64,000 nucleotides of DNA from the NCBI GenBank assembly GCA_002269645.1, contig NIVC01000114.1, positions 806,001 through 870,000 of the forward strand, written 5' to 3'. Origin of the DNA: Macrostomum lignano (Eukaryota). Below the pieces are notes generated by a model. That model searched no databases. It was not told the origin of the DNA and saw only the letters and a program-made list of their open reading frames with translations. Below are positions 31,101 to 44,744 of the stretch, in pieces. The position numbers were made by a program, and so were the translations under genes. Positions within the stretch are counted from its first letter, which is position 1, and each line of letters starts with the position of its first letter.

Positions 31101-34100
31101 ACCTATCGATGTCACTTTAGTTGCTACCAAAACATTTCTTACAGCGTAGGACCCAAAAAACTGATTTAGTGGCAGGGGCTCGGGGCATCCGGATGCATTG
31201 GGAAGACAGAAAACTCGAGATCCTAAATATTTCCAAAAACTGAAGTTGCTAGCTGACAAGAAAGCTGTTTGGGCATGCCAGAAAGCTTCAAATTTAATTT
31301 ATTGCATTGCCTACATTATCTAAAAACAAAGACTGCAGATCCTTACGCAATAAAATTAAATCAACAGCCAAAGGGTTTCGATCTGAGGCTTTGAGTACAC
31401 CACATTGCATATGTAGCTTCTCAAAAGCTTAGGAAACTTACGTAGAAAATTTGAAATCCACGAAGAGAAAAATAAGTAGTTAAACATTCCGATCTGAGGC
31501 TTTGCACATGCCGAAACCCATCTGCAGCTTCCCAATGGCTCAAACACTCACGTGGAGTTTCCGTCACCGCAGACGCCGCCGTTCTGACAGGGCCCTGACA
31601 GGCAGTAGTCAGTGTCCACTGAGCAGCTCCTGCCCTCCCAGCCTGTGAAGCAGCTGCAGCTGTAGTTTTTCACCAGGTCCGTGCACAGGCCGTTCGCGCA
31701 GGGCTTGCTGGCGCAGTCATCAATGTTGATTTGGCACCTGTCACCTGCGAATCCCGTGTCTGTGCAGTCACAGGTGAATCTGAAATGAGGATAAAATTAA
31801 GAACTGTTGTAACAGAAAAGCTCAAAGTTTTTTATCGGCGGTTGCGGCGATAAATTTTAATAAGTATTACAAACGAAGATTTGTATGGTAGTTCAAGTAG
31901 CCACTACAGAAACAAAATTTAAAATAGAAACTGGACAGCCACCAGCTCGTCACTTTACTAACGAAAACTGGAGGGTTGGCGTGTCAGGCCATGGTTGTTT
32001 TGTCAGACTTTACTACCGTCAGGAACAAATCTCATTCTGCCTCTCCGGTGTTGAGAAAGCGGAGCACTTCATCTGTGAAGGCACCGCCTCTACTTGGGAC
32101 AGGCTCACCTGCGTCGGAACCAACCCTGTTATTTTCGAAGTTTTCAGACCCGAGAATTTCTGCCAACTCGTCTGCTACCTGAGGGCTACCGGGCCAGCAA
32201 ATACCCACCCCGGGACTCTCCGGAGGGGGACCGCGCTGCGGACACCGGCACCACACGCCTCCCCGCTGCGTTCGAATACCCGAAGCCCCTGCAGCTGAGT
32301 CAAGTCAACAAGGAGAACTCACGTGCCGTTGCCATCAATGCACCTGCCGCCATTGAGGCAGGCGCCCGTTGGACAGTCGTTGTGGTTGATGTTGCAGTTC
32401 CTGCCCTCCCAGCCTGTGAAGCAGCTGCAGCTGTAGTCATTCACCAAGTCTGAGCACAGGCCGTTGATGCAGGGCTTGCTGGCGCAGTCATCAATGTTGC
32501 TTTGGCACCTGTCACCTGCGAATCCCGTGTCTGTGCAGTCGCAGGTGAATCTGAAAAGAGGATAAAATTCAGCTCTATTGTTACAGAAATGGTTGGAAAT
32601 CCGAGTTTTCTACTGGCGGTTCCGGTAATAAATTTTAAGAACTTTTACAGACGAAAATTGTAAAACTCGGAGTAAGGTTTTATAGTTTCGAAATCCTACT
32701 TACAACGCAACCGTATATTAGCTGCAGTAGCCACTACAGAAACAAACTTATCATTTGAAACTGGAAAACAACCAGCCCGTAACTTTAGTAACGAAATTGG
32801 AGGATGTGCGCATCAAGTCATGGCTGTCTTGTCAGACATCGCTGCCTCCAGGAATACCCATTTTGTCTATAGCGTGTTGAGAATGCGGAGCACTTCATCT
32901 GCGACTGCCCCGCCTTTACTCAGGACAGGCTCTTCTACCTTGGCACAAACCCGGGCCTTTCCGACGGTTTCAGGGCCGAGAATTTCTGCAAGCTCGTCCG
33001 CTACTTAAAGGCTACCGGGCTAGACTCGATCCACCCCTTGGACTCTCCAGAGGGGGACCGCGGTGCGGTCACCGGCACCACCGGCTCTCCATGTGTGAAA
33101 CCGCAGTACCAGCTGCCCGCAGTGGCCAGGGTTAACAAAAGGGACTTCAACGCCTCCCCGCTGCATCCAGACTCCCAGAGCTCCTGCAGCTGAGTCAAGT
33201 CAACAAGGAGAACTCACGTGCCGTTGCCATCAATGCACCTGCCGCCATTGAGGCAGGCGCCGGTTGGACAGTCATTGTGGTTGATGTTGCAGTTCCTGCC
33301 CTCCCAGCCTGTGAAGCAGCTGCAGCTGTAGTCATTCACCAAGTCTGAGCACAGGCCGTTGGCGCAGGGCTTGCTGGCGCAGTCATCAATGTTGATCTCG
33401 CAGTTGGTGCCTGTGAAGTTAACACAGGGGATTTCAAAAGTAGCAAAGAAAATCATCTTGCTTGTTCGCTTTCCTGATTCAGCACAATTTTTTAACGAAA
33501 AGTCAAATTTCAAGCGGAGAAGTCAAAGCATTAAATGCACAAAACCTCGAATGTTTCTTATCGCCTTCCAGACAGTGCAGAACAGAAACGAATACGGAAA
33601 GCTGAGCAATGTCACTCAAAGCAGCCTGAATGTTCCTGGCAACCGGAGCACCATGCGCTAAAAGCATGTCTATCATGCATGTACACGCGTACTAAAGATG
33701 AATAGCATTGTCTCAAACTGCAGACAAATTAAAGATAATATTGGCACTACAGGGGCGTAGGGGGTGCCTAAGAGGCGCCAATCTTCGATTAGATTTGAGT
33801 ACAATCTGAGTAGGTACGGGCTACAATAGAAAACTCGCACACATAGCCATCATAACCATAAAGTGAAAAGTCAAAATTTCTGAATGGTGGCAGGGCGAGC
33901 AGCATCGATTTCTGGCCCTGAACAGATATTTATTCCAAGGCTTGTGCGATGAACGGAAAGAGCAATCGAAACGTGACGATAGCGGGGTGGCGCGCACGAC
34001 TCTTAGGTAGGCGCCCTTTCTCTGAGGTTGGCGCTCATGTCTGTGAGGTTGTCGCTCCTGTCTCTGAGGTGGGCGCCCCTGTCTCTGAGGTGAGCGCCCC

Positions 34101-37100
34101 TGCCTCTGAGGTGGGCGCTCCTGTCTCTGGGGTGGGCGCCCCCGTCTCTGAGATTGGCGCCCCTGTCTCTGAGGTGGGCGCCCCTGTCTCTGAGGTGGAC
34201 GCCCCTGTCTCTGAGGTAGGCGCCCCTGTCTCTGAGGTGGGCGCCCCTGTCTCTGAGGTTGTCGCTCTTGTCTCTGAGGTGGGCGCCCCTGTCTCTGAGG
34301 TGGGCGCCCCTGTCTCTGAGGTAGGCGCCCCTGTCTCTGAGGTGGGCGCCCCTGTCTCTGAGGTAGGCGCCCCTGTCTCTGAGGTAGGCGCCCTCGTCTC
34401 TGAGGTTGTCGCTCCTGTCTCTGAGGTGGGCGCCCCTTCTTTGAGGTTGGCGCTCATGTCTGTGAGGTGGGCGTCCCTCTTTTTGAGGTGGGCGACCCTC
34501 TCTTTGAGGTGAGCGCCCCTTCTCTGAGGTTGGCGCTCATGTCTGTGAGGTTGGCGCTCCTGTCTCTGAGGTGGGCGCCCCTCTCTTTGAGGTGGGCGAC
34601 CCTCTCTTTGAGGTGAGCGCCCCTGTCTCTGAGGTTGTCGCTCCTGTCTCTGAGGTGGGCGCCCCTGTCTCTGAGGTGGGCGCCCTAGCTACATTAAATT
34701 CCGAAGCCGGTGTTGCCATTTCTAAGAGGTAACAAAAGTTGAGCCCTTGTCATTTAACGAGATATTTTAAATCTTTCCTTCAGTTTTTAGTGATAAAAAT
34801 TTTGGTAGGGCGCAACTTCTATCCACCCCGCCTCCATTCGCTGTCTTTCTGCAGCCACTGAGTATTTGTAGTAATTCATTAGTTTGGCTTACATCTTTTT
34901 TGGCTGTGCATTTAGCCAAAAATGTAAACAAACAAAAGCAGAAAAGCAAAAGTTAGTAATCAAATAGATTTCTATCATAAATTCAATCTTGCAAGCAATT
35001 CTAAGGCGTTTCAATTTCAACTGGCTTTGCCCCACCTGGTCACCCACCTGTGTAGCCGGGAACGCAGCTGCAGTGATACCAGGGGCTCGCGGTTGTGTTG
35101 CTGCAGGTGCCTCCGTTTTGGCAGGGACCGGTTGCTGTGCTGCCACCCGGAGTTGAAGCACAGAAGTTTATTCTAACAGTGCAATAAGAACCAGTGTACG
35201 CCTCAGGACACAGACACGGAGGAGTGCTTGACGTCACGGGACCCGGCCAGCAAATGCCGCCATTCTTGCAGTCGCCCTCGCTGCAGGCGGCTCGCCTCGT
35301 CCGAACCAACGCGTTGGCTTCCTCGTCTGTGTCTAAAAAGCGTTCTTGAGTTTAAAATCAGATTGTTAGGATAGTTTTGGGTTATTAAAACATAAACTGT
35401 GAGCTCGTCCTAATTCTTTCACTACTTTAGCAAAATAACTAATGATAGACGAAGCTCAGAGAGCTCTGTAAAGTCACCGTCATTTTGCTCAACCCTACCT
35501 TATAGACTTGGAGCTGTACTTCAACTAAAGCTACAATATGTTTTAGAATAAATAATGTTTTTATATAAATAAAAATACAGCATATCAACTGATATATGCT
35601 ATCATTTTTTCACAGTGTAGTTCAAAGCCGCAAAAGTTAAAAACTTAGCCTAAACTCTATGGGATACGGTAGATTTGATTTTAACAAACTTGGCTACAAT
35701 ACAAACACTTGAGCTTTCATGTATTCAGTGTTTAAGTTAGTTTTGTTTTGCTTAAAATATTAACGGGAAATGAATCGCAATGGATGACATGGTGGGGGAA
35801 AAAAGCCAAAAATTCTACATCACTAAAACCCTATCACATTTTCTGGGAATCTACGTTAATAGCACTCATTTTGGCACCAAAGGCGTTTCATTTTGGCGCT
35901 GTAGACACTCATTTTAGCAACGCAGGCACTCATTTTATCAACAAGGGCACTCATTTTAGCAACAAGGGCACTCATTTTAGCAACAAGGGCACTCATTTTA
36001 GCAATGCGGGCACTCATTTTAGCAATTCGGGCACTCATTTTAGCAACAAGGGCACTCATTTTAGCAACAACGGCACTCATTTTAGCAACAAGGGCACTCA
36101 TTTTAGCAACAAGGGCACTCATTTTAGCAACAAGGGCACTCATTTTAGCAACAACGGCACTCATTTTAGCAACAAGGGCACTCATTTTAGCAACAAGGGC
36201 ACTCATTTTAGCAACAAGGGCACTCATTTTAGCAACAAGGGCACTCATTTTAGCAACAAGGGCACTCATTTTAGCAACAAGGGCATTCATTTTAGCAACA
36301 AGGGCACTCATTTTAGCAACAACGGCACTCATTTTAGCAACAAGGGCACTCATTTTAGCAACAAGGGCACTCATTTTAGCAACGCAGGCACTCATTTTAT
36401 CAACAAGGGCACTCATTTTAGCAACAAGGGCACTCATTTTAGCAACAAGGGCACTCATTTTAGCAATGCGGGCACTCATTTTAGCAATTCGGGCACTCAT
36501 TTTAGCAACAAGGGCACTCATTTTAGCAACAACGGCACTCATTTTAGCAACAAGGGCACTCATTTTAGCAACAAGGGCACTCATTTTAGCAACAAGGGCA
36601 CTCATTTTAGCAACAAGGGCACTCATTTTAGCAACAAGGGCACTCATTTTAGCAACAAGGGCACTCATTTTAGCAACAAGGGCACTCATTTTAGCAACAA
36701 GGGCACTCATTTTAGCAACAAGGGCACTCATTTTAGCAACAAGGGCATTCATTTTAGCAACAAGGGCACTCATTTTAGCAACAAGGGCACTCATTTTAGC
36801 AACAAGGGCACTCATTTTAGCAACAAGGGCACTCATTTTAGCAACGCAGGCACTCATTTTAGCAACAAGGGCACTCATTTTAGCAACAAGGGCACTCATT
36901 TTAGCAACAAGGGCACTCATTTTAGCAACAACGGCACTCATTTTAGCAACAAGGGCACTCATTTTAGCAACAAGGGCACTCATTTTAGCAACAAGGGCAC
37001 TCATTTTAGCAACAAGGGCACTCATTTTAGCAACAAGGGCACTCATTTTAGCAACAAGGGCACTCATTTTAGCAACAAGGGCACTCATTTTAGCAACGCA

Positions 37101-37465
37101 GGCACTCATTTTAGCAACAAGGGCACTCATTTTAGCAACAAGGGCACTCATTTTAGCAACAAGGGCACTCATTTTAGCAACAAGGGCACTCATTTCGGCG
37201 CCAAAGGCGCTAAAAATCAAAACTGAAAAACACGAGCTCATGAAAATTAATATTTGCATTACTTTAGTCAATTAGGACCATGGCCTGAAACGCCACATCT
37301 GGCACAGCTAATGCCTTTCACTTCTCTCGAGTTCGGATGTTTCTAGAAAACTGCCATAGCGGACTCACCATCTGGTCGTCTGTCATGCGAAACCGAAGCA
37401 GTCACAGCTGCTTGGAGCACAAAAATGAGCAAAACCAGATGCTGCAGCGAACACCACGACAGCAT
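28166..37465 (-). CDS. Gene C: short Crumbs-like receptor (SP, ~12 EGF, 1 LamG, TM, 5-Tyr tail), ~889 aa
   Basis: Exons 37465-37369, 35332-35048, 33410-33218, 32550-32323, 31779-31552, 30627-30141, 30072-29501, 29431-29232, 28923-28820 (TM), 28732-28661, 28574-28500, 28294-28166; total 2670 nt, no in-frame stop seen. Confidence 0.88.
31970..32310 (+). mobile_element. LINE 3' fragment (intron, gene C)
   Basis: GHGCFVRLYYRQEQISFCLSGVEKAEHFICE; GTCAAGTCAA tail. Confidence 0.65.
32810..33205 (+). mobile_element. LINE 3' fragment (intron, gene C)
   Basis: Homologous to the other intronic copies, with the same tail next to the donor site. Confidence 0.65.
34015..34690 (+). repeat. 21-bp minisatellite type B, intron 2 of gene C
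   Basis: About 30 copies. Confidence 0.95.
35905..37200 (+). repeat. 21-bp minisatellite type C (AGCAACAAGGGCACTCATTTT, ~61 copies) with 462-bp higher-order period, intron 1 of gene C
   Basis: Variant units recur exactly 462 bp apart (35921/36383/36845; 36001/36463; 36282/36744). Confidence 0.97.
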
Positions 37466-38007
37466 AATTTTAGTCGATGATAAACCGTTTTCAACTGATT
37501 GCAAAGCTGGGCCAAGGCTCGATTGGAAGTTTAACAGTTTGATATGCAGCTGAAAAGGTTTTATGAGGCTAAATATAAACTTTTCTCAACAGCTTCTCCT
37601 AACAAAAAATGCTGCAAGAAGACACGAAGGTATGGTTTTCTAATCAAAATGCTCTTAGCTAACGATCAGATAGCAGAGCTCACTGCGTTTTAAACAAATC
37701 AACGATTTCCGGCTTTTTTGTAAAAATGCTCCAAAAATGATGGTCAATACAGCGGCTTCTAAACGTTCCTATGGTGCTTCAAATTCTATAAACTCAAACA
37801 AATTATGAGTTTAAATATTTTAAGCTTTAAACATTGTTATCCAAGGTTTCTTTAAATGGGTAAAATGTCCTTTTACAATGAAGCTCACAATGTCTCAAAA
37901 GTACAACAATCACTGATTATCTATACGGCTACAAGAAAAAATACAAAAGAATCTGAAGAAAAACTTAAATTATATGAAAAACATGTTTCCAATTCGTGCA
38001 CACAAGC

Positions 38008-38188
38008 TTGATGAACTGCTGTTGGGTTCTCAGCACTTTAGCCAGTCAGTCACATAGCTTGTGCCACAGACTAACTGTACTGGATATTGATGCGTCTTTT
38101 GCTTTCAGTAGGTTAAATATTTTCTCCTCCTTTTTCCAAATATTCTCGGATGATATTCTCGATATGATATTCTCAAGGCCTCGGCTTC
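38008..38188 (-). mobile_element. Inverted fragment of the Crypton-like element's left part
   Basis: Reverse complement of ~26490-26670 and ~43090-43270. Confidence 0.85.
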
Positions 38189-38894
38189 TTAAAGTACTTA
38201 AAGCGAGACTTAAAGTATCTTAAATAGAACTATTCTAAAGGACAATCAGCCATGATGATAAAACTTATTGAGATTTGTTTATCAGATGAGAATACTGGTA
38301 CAACGGTTCGATCACAAAATATTTCAGTATTAGAAATATTAATCGAAACTGCAATTCGTGTATCAAGATATTAGCAGCAGTGCTACTTGTCTAGAAAGAA
38401 TGATGGTATACTTTACTCAAAAACTTCAAAAACTAAAAAATTAACAAGGCAACATGATTTTTTAATAAATGGAATTGTTTATTGCGATATGTACATGTAC
38501 ATTTATGAATTTTCCTGCATCTGCTTTGAACGAGAACGCAGTATTAAAATGACTGCCGTCCTTCGATACGAGGACCGAAATAATGCTTCATAAAATCATT
38601 AAATTTAACTACCAACAAGATGTGGCCAAAGCGACTTGGGTATTGTAGTATAAACACAGATATCATCCAACCGACCACCACAACTACTATCTACAATATG
38701 CTCATCACAGTACATGGTGATTTTAAAATAGAACAAAAAAGTGCAGGTACGCTCCTAGAAGGTTTTTGTTACTTTTATTTATCCTGTGATGATAAATTGT
38801 ACAAAAGGCTACGTTACTTGACACAGTTCTTTGACCATTTCACCATCCTAATTGGCTCATACAGACTCTACAATCCCAAGTAAAACACAGACAT

Positions 38895-41800
38895 TCACAT
38901 TCCACAGCTGTCAAAATATTGAATTAAATTTTTCATTTGGCAAGTCGAAAGAAAGTACGAGATTAATACGAGACTACGAAGAGCCGGAGCCTTGCAGACG
39001 GCTCCGTTCTGACACGGCTGTCCGAACCGCTCGCACTCGTTGATGTCGACTGAGCAGGTCAGGCCCTCGTAGCCGGGCAGGCAGTCGCAGGAAAAGCTCC
39101 TGACACCGTCGGTGCACCTGCCGCCGTGCTGGCACGGGCTCGATGCGCAGTCATCGATCTTGGAGCTGCAGGTGACGCCTTGGAAGTCGACACGGAAGCA
39201 GTCGCAGGTGAACCTGATTTAGAGTTGAAAAAGGCAGTTTGACACCGTAAATGTGTGTGATGATGAAGTAAGAATCATAAAGAATTGACTGTTCGTTTCA
39301 TTGCTTGATAAACACCTGTTTCAGCTTTGCGTAGCTGGCAAAGGAAGATATTTGGTCTTCAATGTCTCTTTAGTAGGATTTTCCTAAAAACTGCTTACGG
39401 AATTCTACAATTATTTATGTTACACGCACCACTGCGCAGGCATCTCTGAGGTTCAATATGAACCGAAACTTTTTTTCTAGAATAAAATATTACGAGGCAC
39501 CGAAACTTCACAGCTTTACAATCAAAGCTGTCTTTGTGAACCAAGATGGGAGAAAAGGACTAAGTCTAGAGAATTATCAAATCTCAAAATTTTGTTTGGG
39601 ATAAATGTCTGCTAAAACGTCATTTTCGGAAGTGTTCTCAACCGCAACGTTGAGAACGTTGTTAAGCATGTTAGGCAACGTTTCAAAAGTTTCCATTTTT
39701 AGAGTCGAATTCAATCTCAAAAAATTAGCAAACAAGTCTCGAAGTTACTTGAGCCGTTTCTGTTCCTGCCACTGTTTTATCTTGTAGTGTCGGACCAAAA
39801 CTTTAAACTGGCTTTGAACAGGGGCTTGGGGCATCCAGATAGGCTCGTAAGTTGGGAAGAAATCAAACTCGTGACGTTAACTATTTCTAAAAACTTAAGT
39901 TACATGTACTAGATGACAAGAAAGCTGTTAGGGCATGTGAGAAAAGTCTAAACTAAATTCATTCTATCGTTAATATTGTCTAAATCAAAGACTTCTGAAT
40001 CAGATGCAATTCAATTAAAAAAATGGCAGAAAATTCCAATCTGAGGCTTTGCGCATGCAAAAACACATCTGCAGCTACCTAATAGCTCAGAGCAACTCAC
40101 GTGGAGTTTCCGTCGCTGCAGACACCGCTGTTCTGACAGGGCCCTGACAGGCAGTAGTCAGTGTCCACTGAGCAGTTCCTGCCCTCCCAGCCTGTGAAGC
40201 AGCTGCAGCTGTAGTCATTCACCAAGTCTGAGCACACGGCGTTGGCGCAGGGCTTGCTGGCGCAGTCATCAATGTTGATCTCGCAGTCAGTGCCTGTGAA
40301 GTTAACAGAGAATTTCAAAAGTTTCAAGAAATCATCTTCTGCTTGCGCTCCGCTATTTAGCACAAATTTTGCAAAAAGGATCGAATTTCAAGCCGAGAAT
40401 TATAAAAATACACAAAATTTTGAAGATTTCTTATCGTCTTCCAGACAGTGCAGAACAGAAAACGGAAACCTGAACAATGCCATTAAAAGCAGCCTTTGAA
40501 TTGAATGCTTCTGGCAACCAGAGCACTGTGCACTAAAAGCATGTCTATCATACATGCATAGGCGTGCTAAAGATGAATAGCATTGTCTCAAACTGTCAAA
40601 AATTCTGACTGGTGGCAAAGCGATCAGCATCGATTTCTGGCCTGAAACATTTCTTCCAAGGCTTGTGCGATGAACGGAAAGAGCTATCGAAACGTGACGA
40701 TAGCGGAGTGGCGCCTCCGACTCTTAGGTGGGCGATCCTTTATCTGAGGTGGGCGCTCCTGTCTCTGAGATGGGCGCTCCCGTCTCTGAGGTGGGCGTCC
40801 CTGTCTCTGAGGTGGGCGCTCCTGTCTCTGAGGTGGGCGCTCCCGTCTCTGAGGTGGGCGTCCCTGTCACTGAGGTGGGCGTCCCTGTCTCTGAGGTGGG
40901 CGTCCCTGTCTCTGAGTTGGGCCCTCCTGTCGCTGAGGTGGGCGTCCCTGTCTCTGAGGTGGGCGCTCCTGTCTCTGAGGAGGGCGCCCCTGTCTCTGAG
41001 GTGGGCGTCCCTGTCACTGAGGTGGGCGTCCCTGCCTCTGAGGTGGCGCCCCTGCCTCTGAGGTGGGCGCTCCTGTCTCTGAGGTGGGCGTCCCTGTCTC
41101 TGAGGTGAGCGCCCCTGCCTCTGAGGTGAGCGCCCCTGTCTCTGAGGTGGGCGTTCCTGTCTCTGAGGTGAGCGCCCCTGCCTCTGAGGTGGCGCCCTAG
41201 TCCTAGCTACATGAAATTCCACGGTCGGTGGTTGCCATTTCCAAGAGGTAGCAAAAGTTGAGCCCTTGTTATTTCACGAGACTGTTTAAATATTTCATTC
41301 AGTTTTTAAGGAGAAGATTTTTGTTACGGTGCAATTCTTTTCCGTCCCATGCCTACCTCCGCCCTCTCTCTGCAGGTGTCTCTCTCTCTCCATTGAGTAT
41401 TTTTAGCAATTCATTTGTTTGACTTGCATCCTTTCTGGCTGGGCATTTACCCCAAAATTTAAACGAGCAAAACAGAAAATCAATGTTTAATAATCGAAAA
41501 TATTTCTATCATCAACTCAATCTCGCAAGCAGTTACGCGTAGTTATACGGCGCTTCATTTTCAACTGGTTTTGCCCCACCTGGTCACCCACCTGTGTAGC
41601 CGGGAACGCAGCTGCAGTGATACCAGGGGCTTGTGTCTGTGTTGCTGCAGGTGCCTCCGTTTTGGCAGGGATTGCCTGATGTTGTAGTACAGTAGTTTAT
41701 TCTATCAGTGCAATAAAAACCAGTGTACGCCTCAGTGCACAGACACGGAGGAGTGCTTGACGTCACAGCGCCCGGCCAGCAAACCCCGCCATTCTTGCAG

Positions 41801-42333
41801 TCGCCCTCGCTGCAGGCGGCTCGCCTCGTCCGCGCCAATTCGTTGGCGTTTCTGTCAATCTCTGCAAAACATACAAGCATACAAACAACTCATTTGTAGA
41901 ATTTTTAAAAAATATAAATAAAGCATATATTCTGATTAGTAAAAATAGCAATTATTTTCCATAGTGCAGTTCAAGGCCGAAAAAGTTAGCCTAAGACTCA
42001 ATGACATACAGTAAGTTTTATTTTAACAAACTTATTCAGTTTGGCGCCGAAAACAATACAAATAAAAGCTAAAACGCACTTCTAGGTATTTGAATTGTCG
42101 CAAAGCATTTTTCGTTGAGCTCATGAAAATTATCAACTACATTACTTGATACCATGGCCTGAAACGTCACATCTGGCACAGCTAATGCCTTTCACTTCTC
42201 TCAAGTTCGAATAGTTTTAGAAAACTGCCAGAGCGGACTCACCATCTGGTCGTCTGTCATGCGAAACCGAAGCAGCCACAGCTTGGTGCACAAAAACGAG
42301 CAAAACCAGCTGCTGTGGCCAACACCACGACAT
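38895..42333 (-). CDS. Gene D: truncated paralogue, predicted secreted EGF-only protein (~290 aa)
   Basis: Exons 42333-42243, 41861-41592, 40293-40101 (hybrid E3/E5), 39213-38895. Homology to C/E breaks at ~38990 (GAVCK|APALRSLVL...CGM*); LamG, TM and tail are deleted. Confidence 0.7.
40735..41200 (+). repeat. 21-bp minisatellite type B, intron 2 of gene D
   Basis: About 22 copies. Confidence 0.95.
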
Positions 42334-43028
42334 CCTAATTGTATTTGATTAACTGTTTTAGTTTATTCCAAAGCTGGACCCAAGCTCGATTCGGAGTTTT
42401 ATTGTTTGATATGTAGCTGAAACAAAGGTATGAGGTGGAATATTTATTTTTCCTAAAAGCGCGTTTCTAACAAGGAATAATGCAAGACATTGAAAGCATT
42501 GCTTTTAAATCACAAATACTCCTAGCTCATTATCAGACGTCATTGCATTTTGAACAAAACAATGCGTTTCATGCCTTTCTGTGTATAATATTCCAAAAAC
42601 GTTGGTCGATCTGGGCTTCTAAAGGTTACTGAGATGCTGAAATTCTATAAATTCAAACAAAACGTACAGATTTTAATATTCTGCCAACCAACATTTCTTA
42701 AAATTTGTAGAATTTTATTTTACAATGGAGCTAACAATGTCCCAGGAGCACAACAATCACTGATTACTTTTACGGCCATAAGTAAAAACACGAAAGAATC
42801 TGAATAAAGACTGATTTATTGAATTAAAACTTTGATTTCGTGTACAAGAGTTTGTGCTTTTGATTGCTTTTGCTGCTCTTGAACCGTGAAAAAAATCATG
42901 ACGCAAAATATTGTAAAAGTGAAAAATAACTGTAAAATTATCAAATAGTTCATAGTCAGAGTATCTTGGATAGAAAAGTTGTCAGAGGTGAATTAGCGGA
43001 AATGATTAAAAGTTCTTTAGGTATACAT

Positions 43029-43820
43029 TCTCATCCTTTTCCAGGTGTGGCTATGGAAAAGGAAGTCCGAGGATGCATTTCTCAGGCCGAGGCGAAGCCG
43101 AGGCCTTGAGAATATCATATCGAGAATATCATCCGAGAATATTTGGAAAAAGGAGGAGAAAATATTTAACCTACTGAAAGCAAAAGACGCATCAATATCC
43201 AGTACAGTTAGTCTGTGGCACAAGCTATGTGACTGACTGGCTAAAGTGCTGAGAACCCAACAGCAGTTTATCAAATTTTTTCGTCTCCTACATACATAAC
43301 AGTAACATTTTACAATGCAAGACGACTTAGATCTAGTGTTAAGATATTTTGAAAGTAAAGAATCCCCAGCAACGAATCCTGCTACTAGTTGTCACCCGTC
43401 GGCCGCCACAGCTTGGACGGTTTTGTTCGTGAATTAACGACTCCCCTAACTGGAGTGACTGAAAGGTAATCAGTCTCTATACAAGAATTGCGCAAGTACT
43501 CTACACCGTGCTGGCTTCGATAGAGAGGACATTGCTCGTGTTACAGGACACTCTTCGACAGCTATTGAGCGCTATATTCAGTTTTGCGTACAAGACCATG
43601 TTTAAGTATCGCATGCTCTTCTGGTGGTCAGTCATCAGTCATTTCTTACTATGTTAAACTTCCTGTTGTTGGTTTTGTTAATTTACATTTGTTAAATGCA
43701 ACTGTAGCAGGACTGAGAACCATTTCTCAGGCCTCGTTTGGGGACTGAGAAATGGTTCTCAGTCCTCCTACTACCGATAAATTACCATAGAAGTTGTTGT
43801 TCCTCGGGAAAAGGATGAGA
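43029..43820 (+). mobile_element. Crypton-like remnant, duplicate copy
   Basis: Near-identical to 26424-27219; palindrome at 43704-43771. Confidence 0.65.
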
Positions 43821-44744
43821 CTGGGAAAGAGGCGAGAAATACACTTTCTGTAGGTTAAATTTACTTATTGGACAAAAATACCGGCACACCGGATGGACCG
43901 AAATGTATCACAGCATAAAAATGATTCATAAAAACTGCAGCAATACAACTTGCTTAAAAGACATACAGGTATACTGTACTAAAAATAGTCTGAAGCAGGC
44001 TATATTCATTTTTTAATAAATGGCATTGTTTGTTTTAATGCGAGTATATACGAGTATTTAGTAGTTCACATGCATCTGCTTCAAACGAGAACGCAGTATT
44101 AAAATCACCGTCGGTTTTTGATCCGAGGACCAAAATAATGCTCTAGAAAAGTCACTAAATTGAACTACCAACAATGATGTGACCACAGCAACTTGGGTAT
44201 TGTAGAATAAACACATATCATCCAACCTATTTACAATACGCTCATAAACTTACGGAGCAATTTAAACATAGCACGGAAAAAGTAAACCTATAGAAGTTTC
44301 GTTGCCTTTATTTTAACCTGTGATGATCAATTGTACAAAAGACCCAGCTGTTTGAACCATTTCAATATCCTAGATGGCTCATACAGACCCTACACTCCCG
44401 AATTGCACACGGTCATTCACATTCCACAGCTGTCAAAATATTATATATATATTTTTTCAATAGGCATAGCAGCATATCCAATGCTATAAATAACCTATGA
44501 AGGATTTCTTAACCGAGCTACGCTTTTGTAAGAAAGGGACTAAAAAAAATTGATTTGGAAAAATTTTAAACTAAAAAAAGCAAACACGAACGCTTTAAAA
44601 GTGCAAAAAAGTAAAAAAAGATTTAGCACTGGAGTAAAAAGCGACAAAAACTGATCAAATTCACACGGAATGTTTCAACGCAGTGTTTTTAATAAAAATG
44701 GGATGTCTTCCGCACAAAAAATAATAAAAACTGTTGCATCCTCA

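Larger units (their letters stand above)
23950..34700 (+). repeat. Segmental duplication, copy 1 (paired with ~40350-51400)
   Basis: Colinear near-identical introns, exons and spacer at an offset of ~16.4-16.5 kb; contains head of B + body of C versus head of D + body of E. Confidence 0.9.

Noticed and set aside
35748-37275. Three 420-490 aa ORFs (HFSNKGT, ILATRAL and AKMSALV repeats)
   Set aside because: By-products of a stop-poor 21-bp array in intron 1 of gene C; open on both strands with no splice or domain support.
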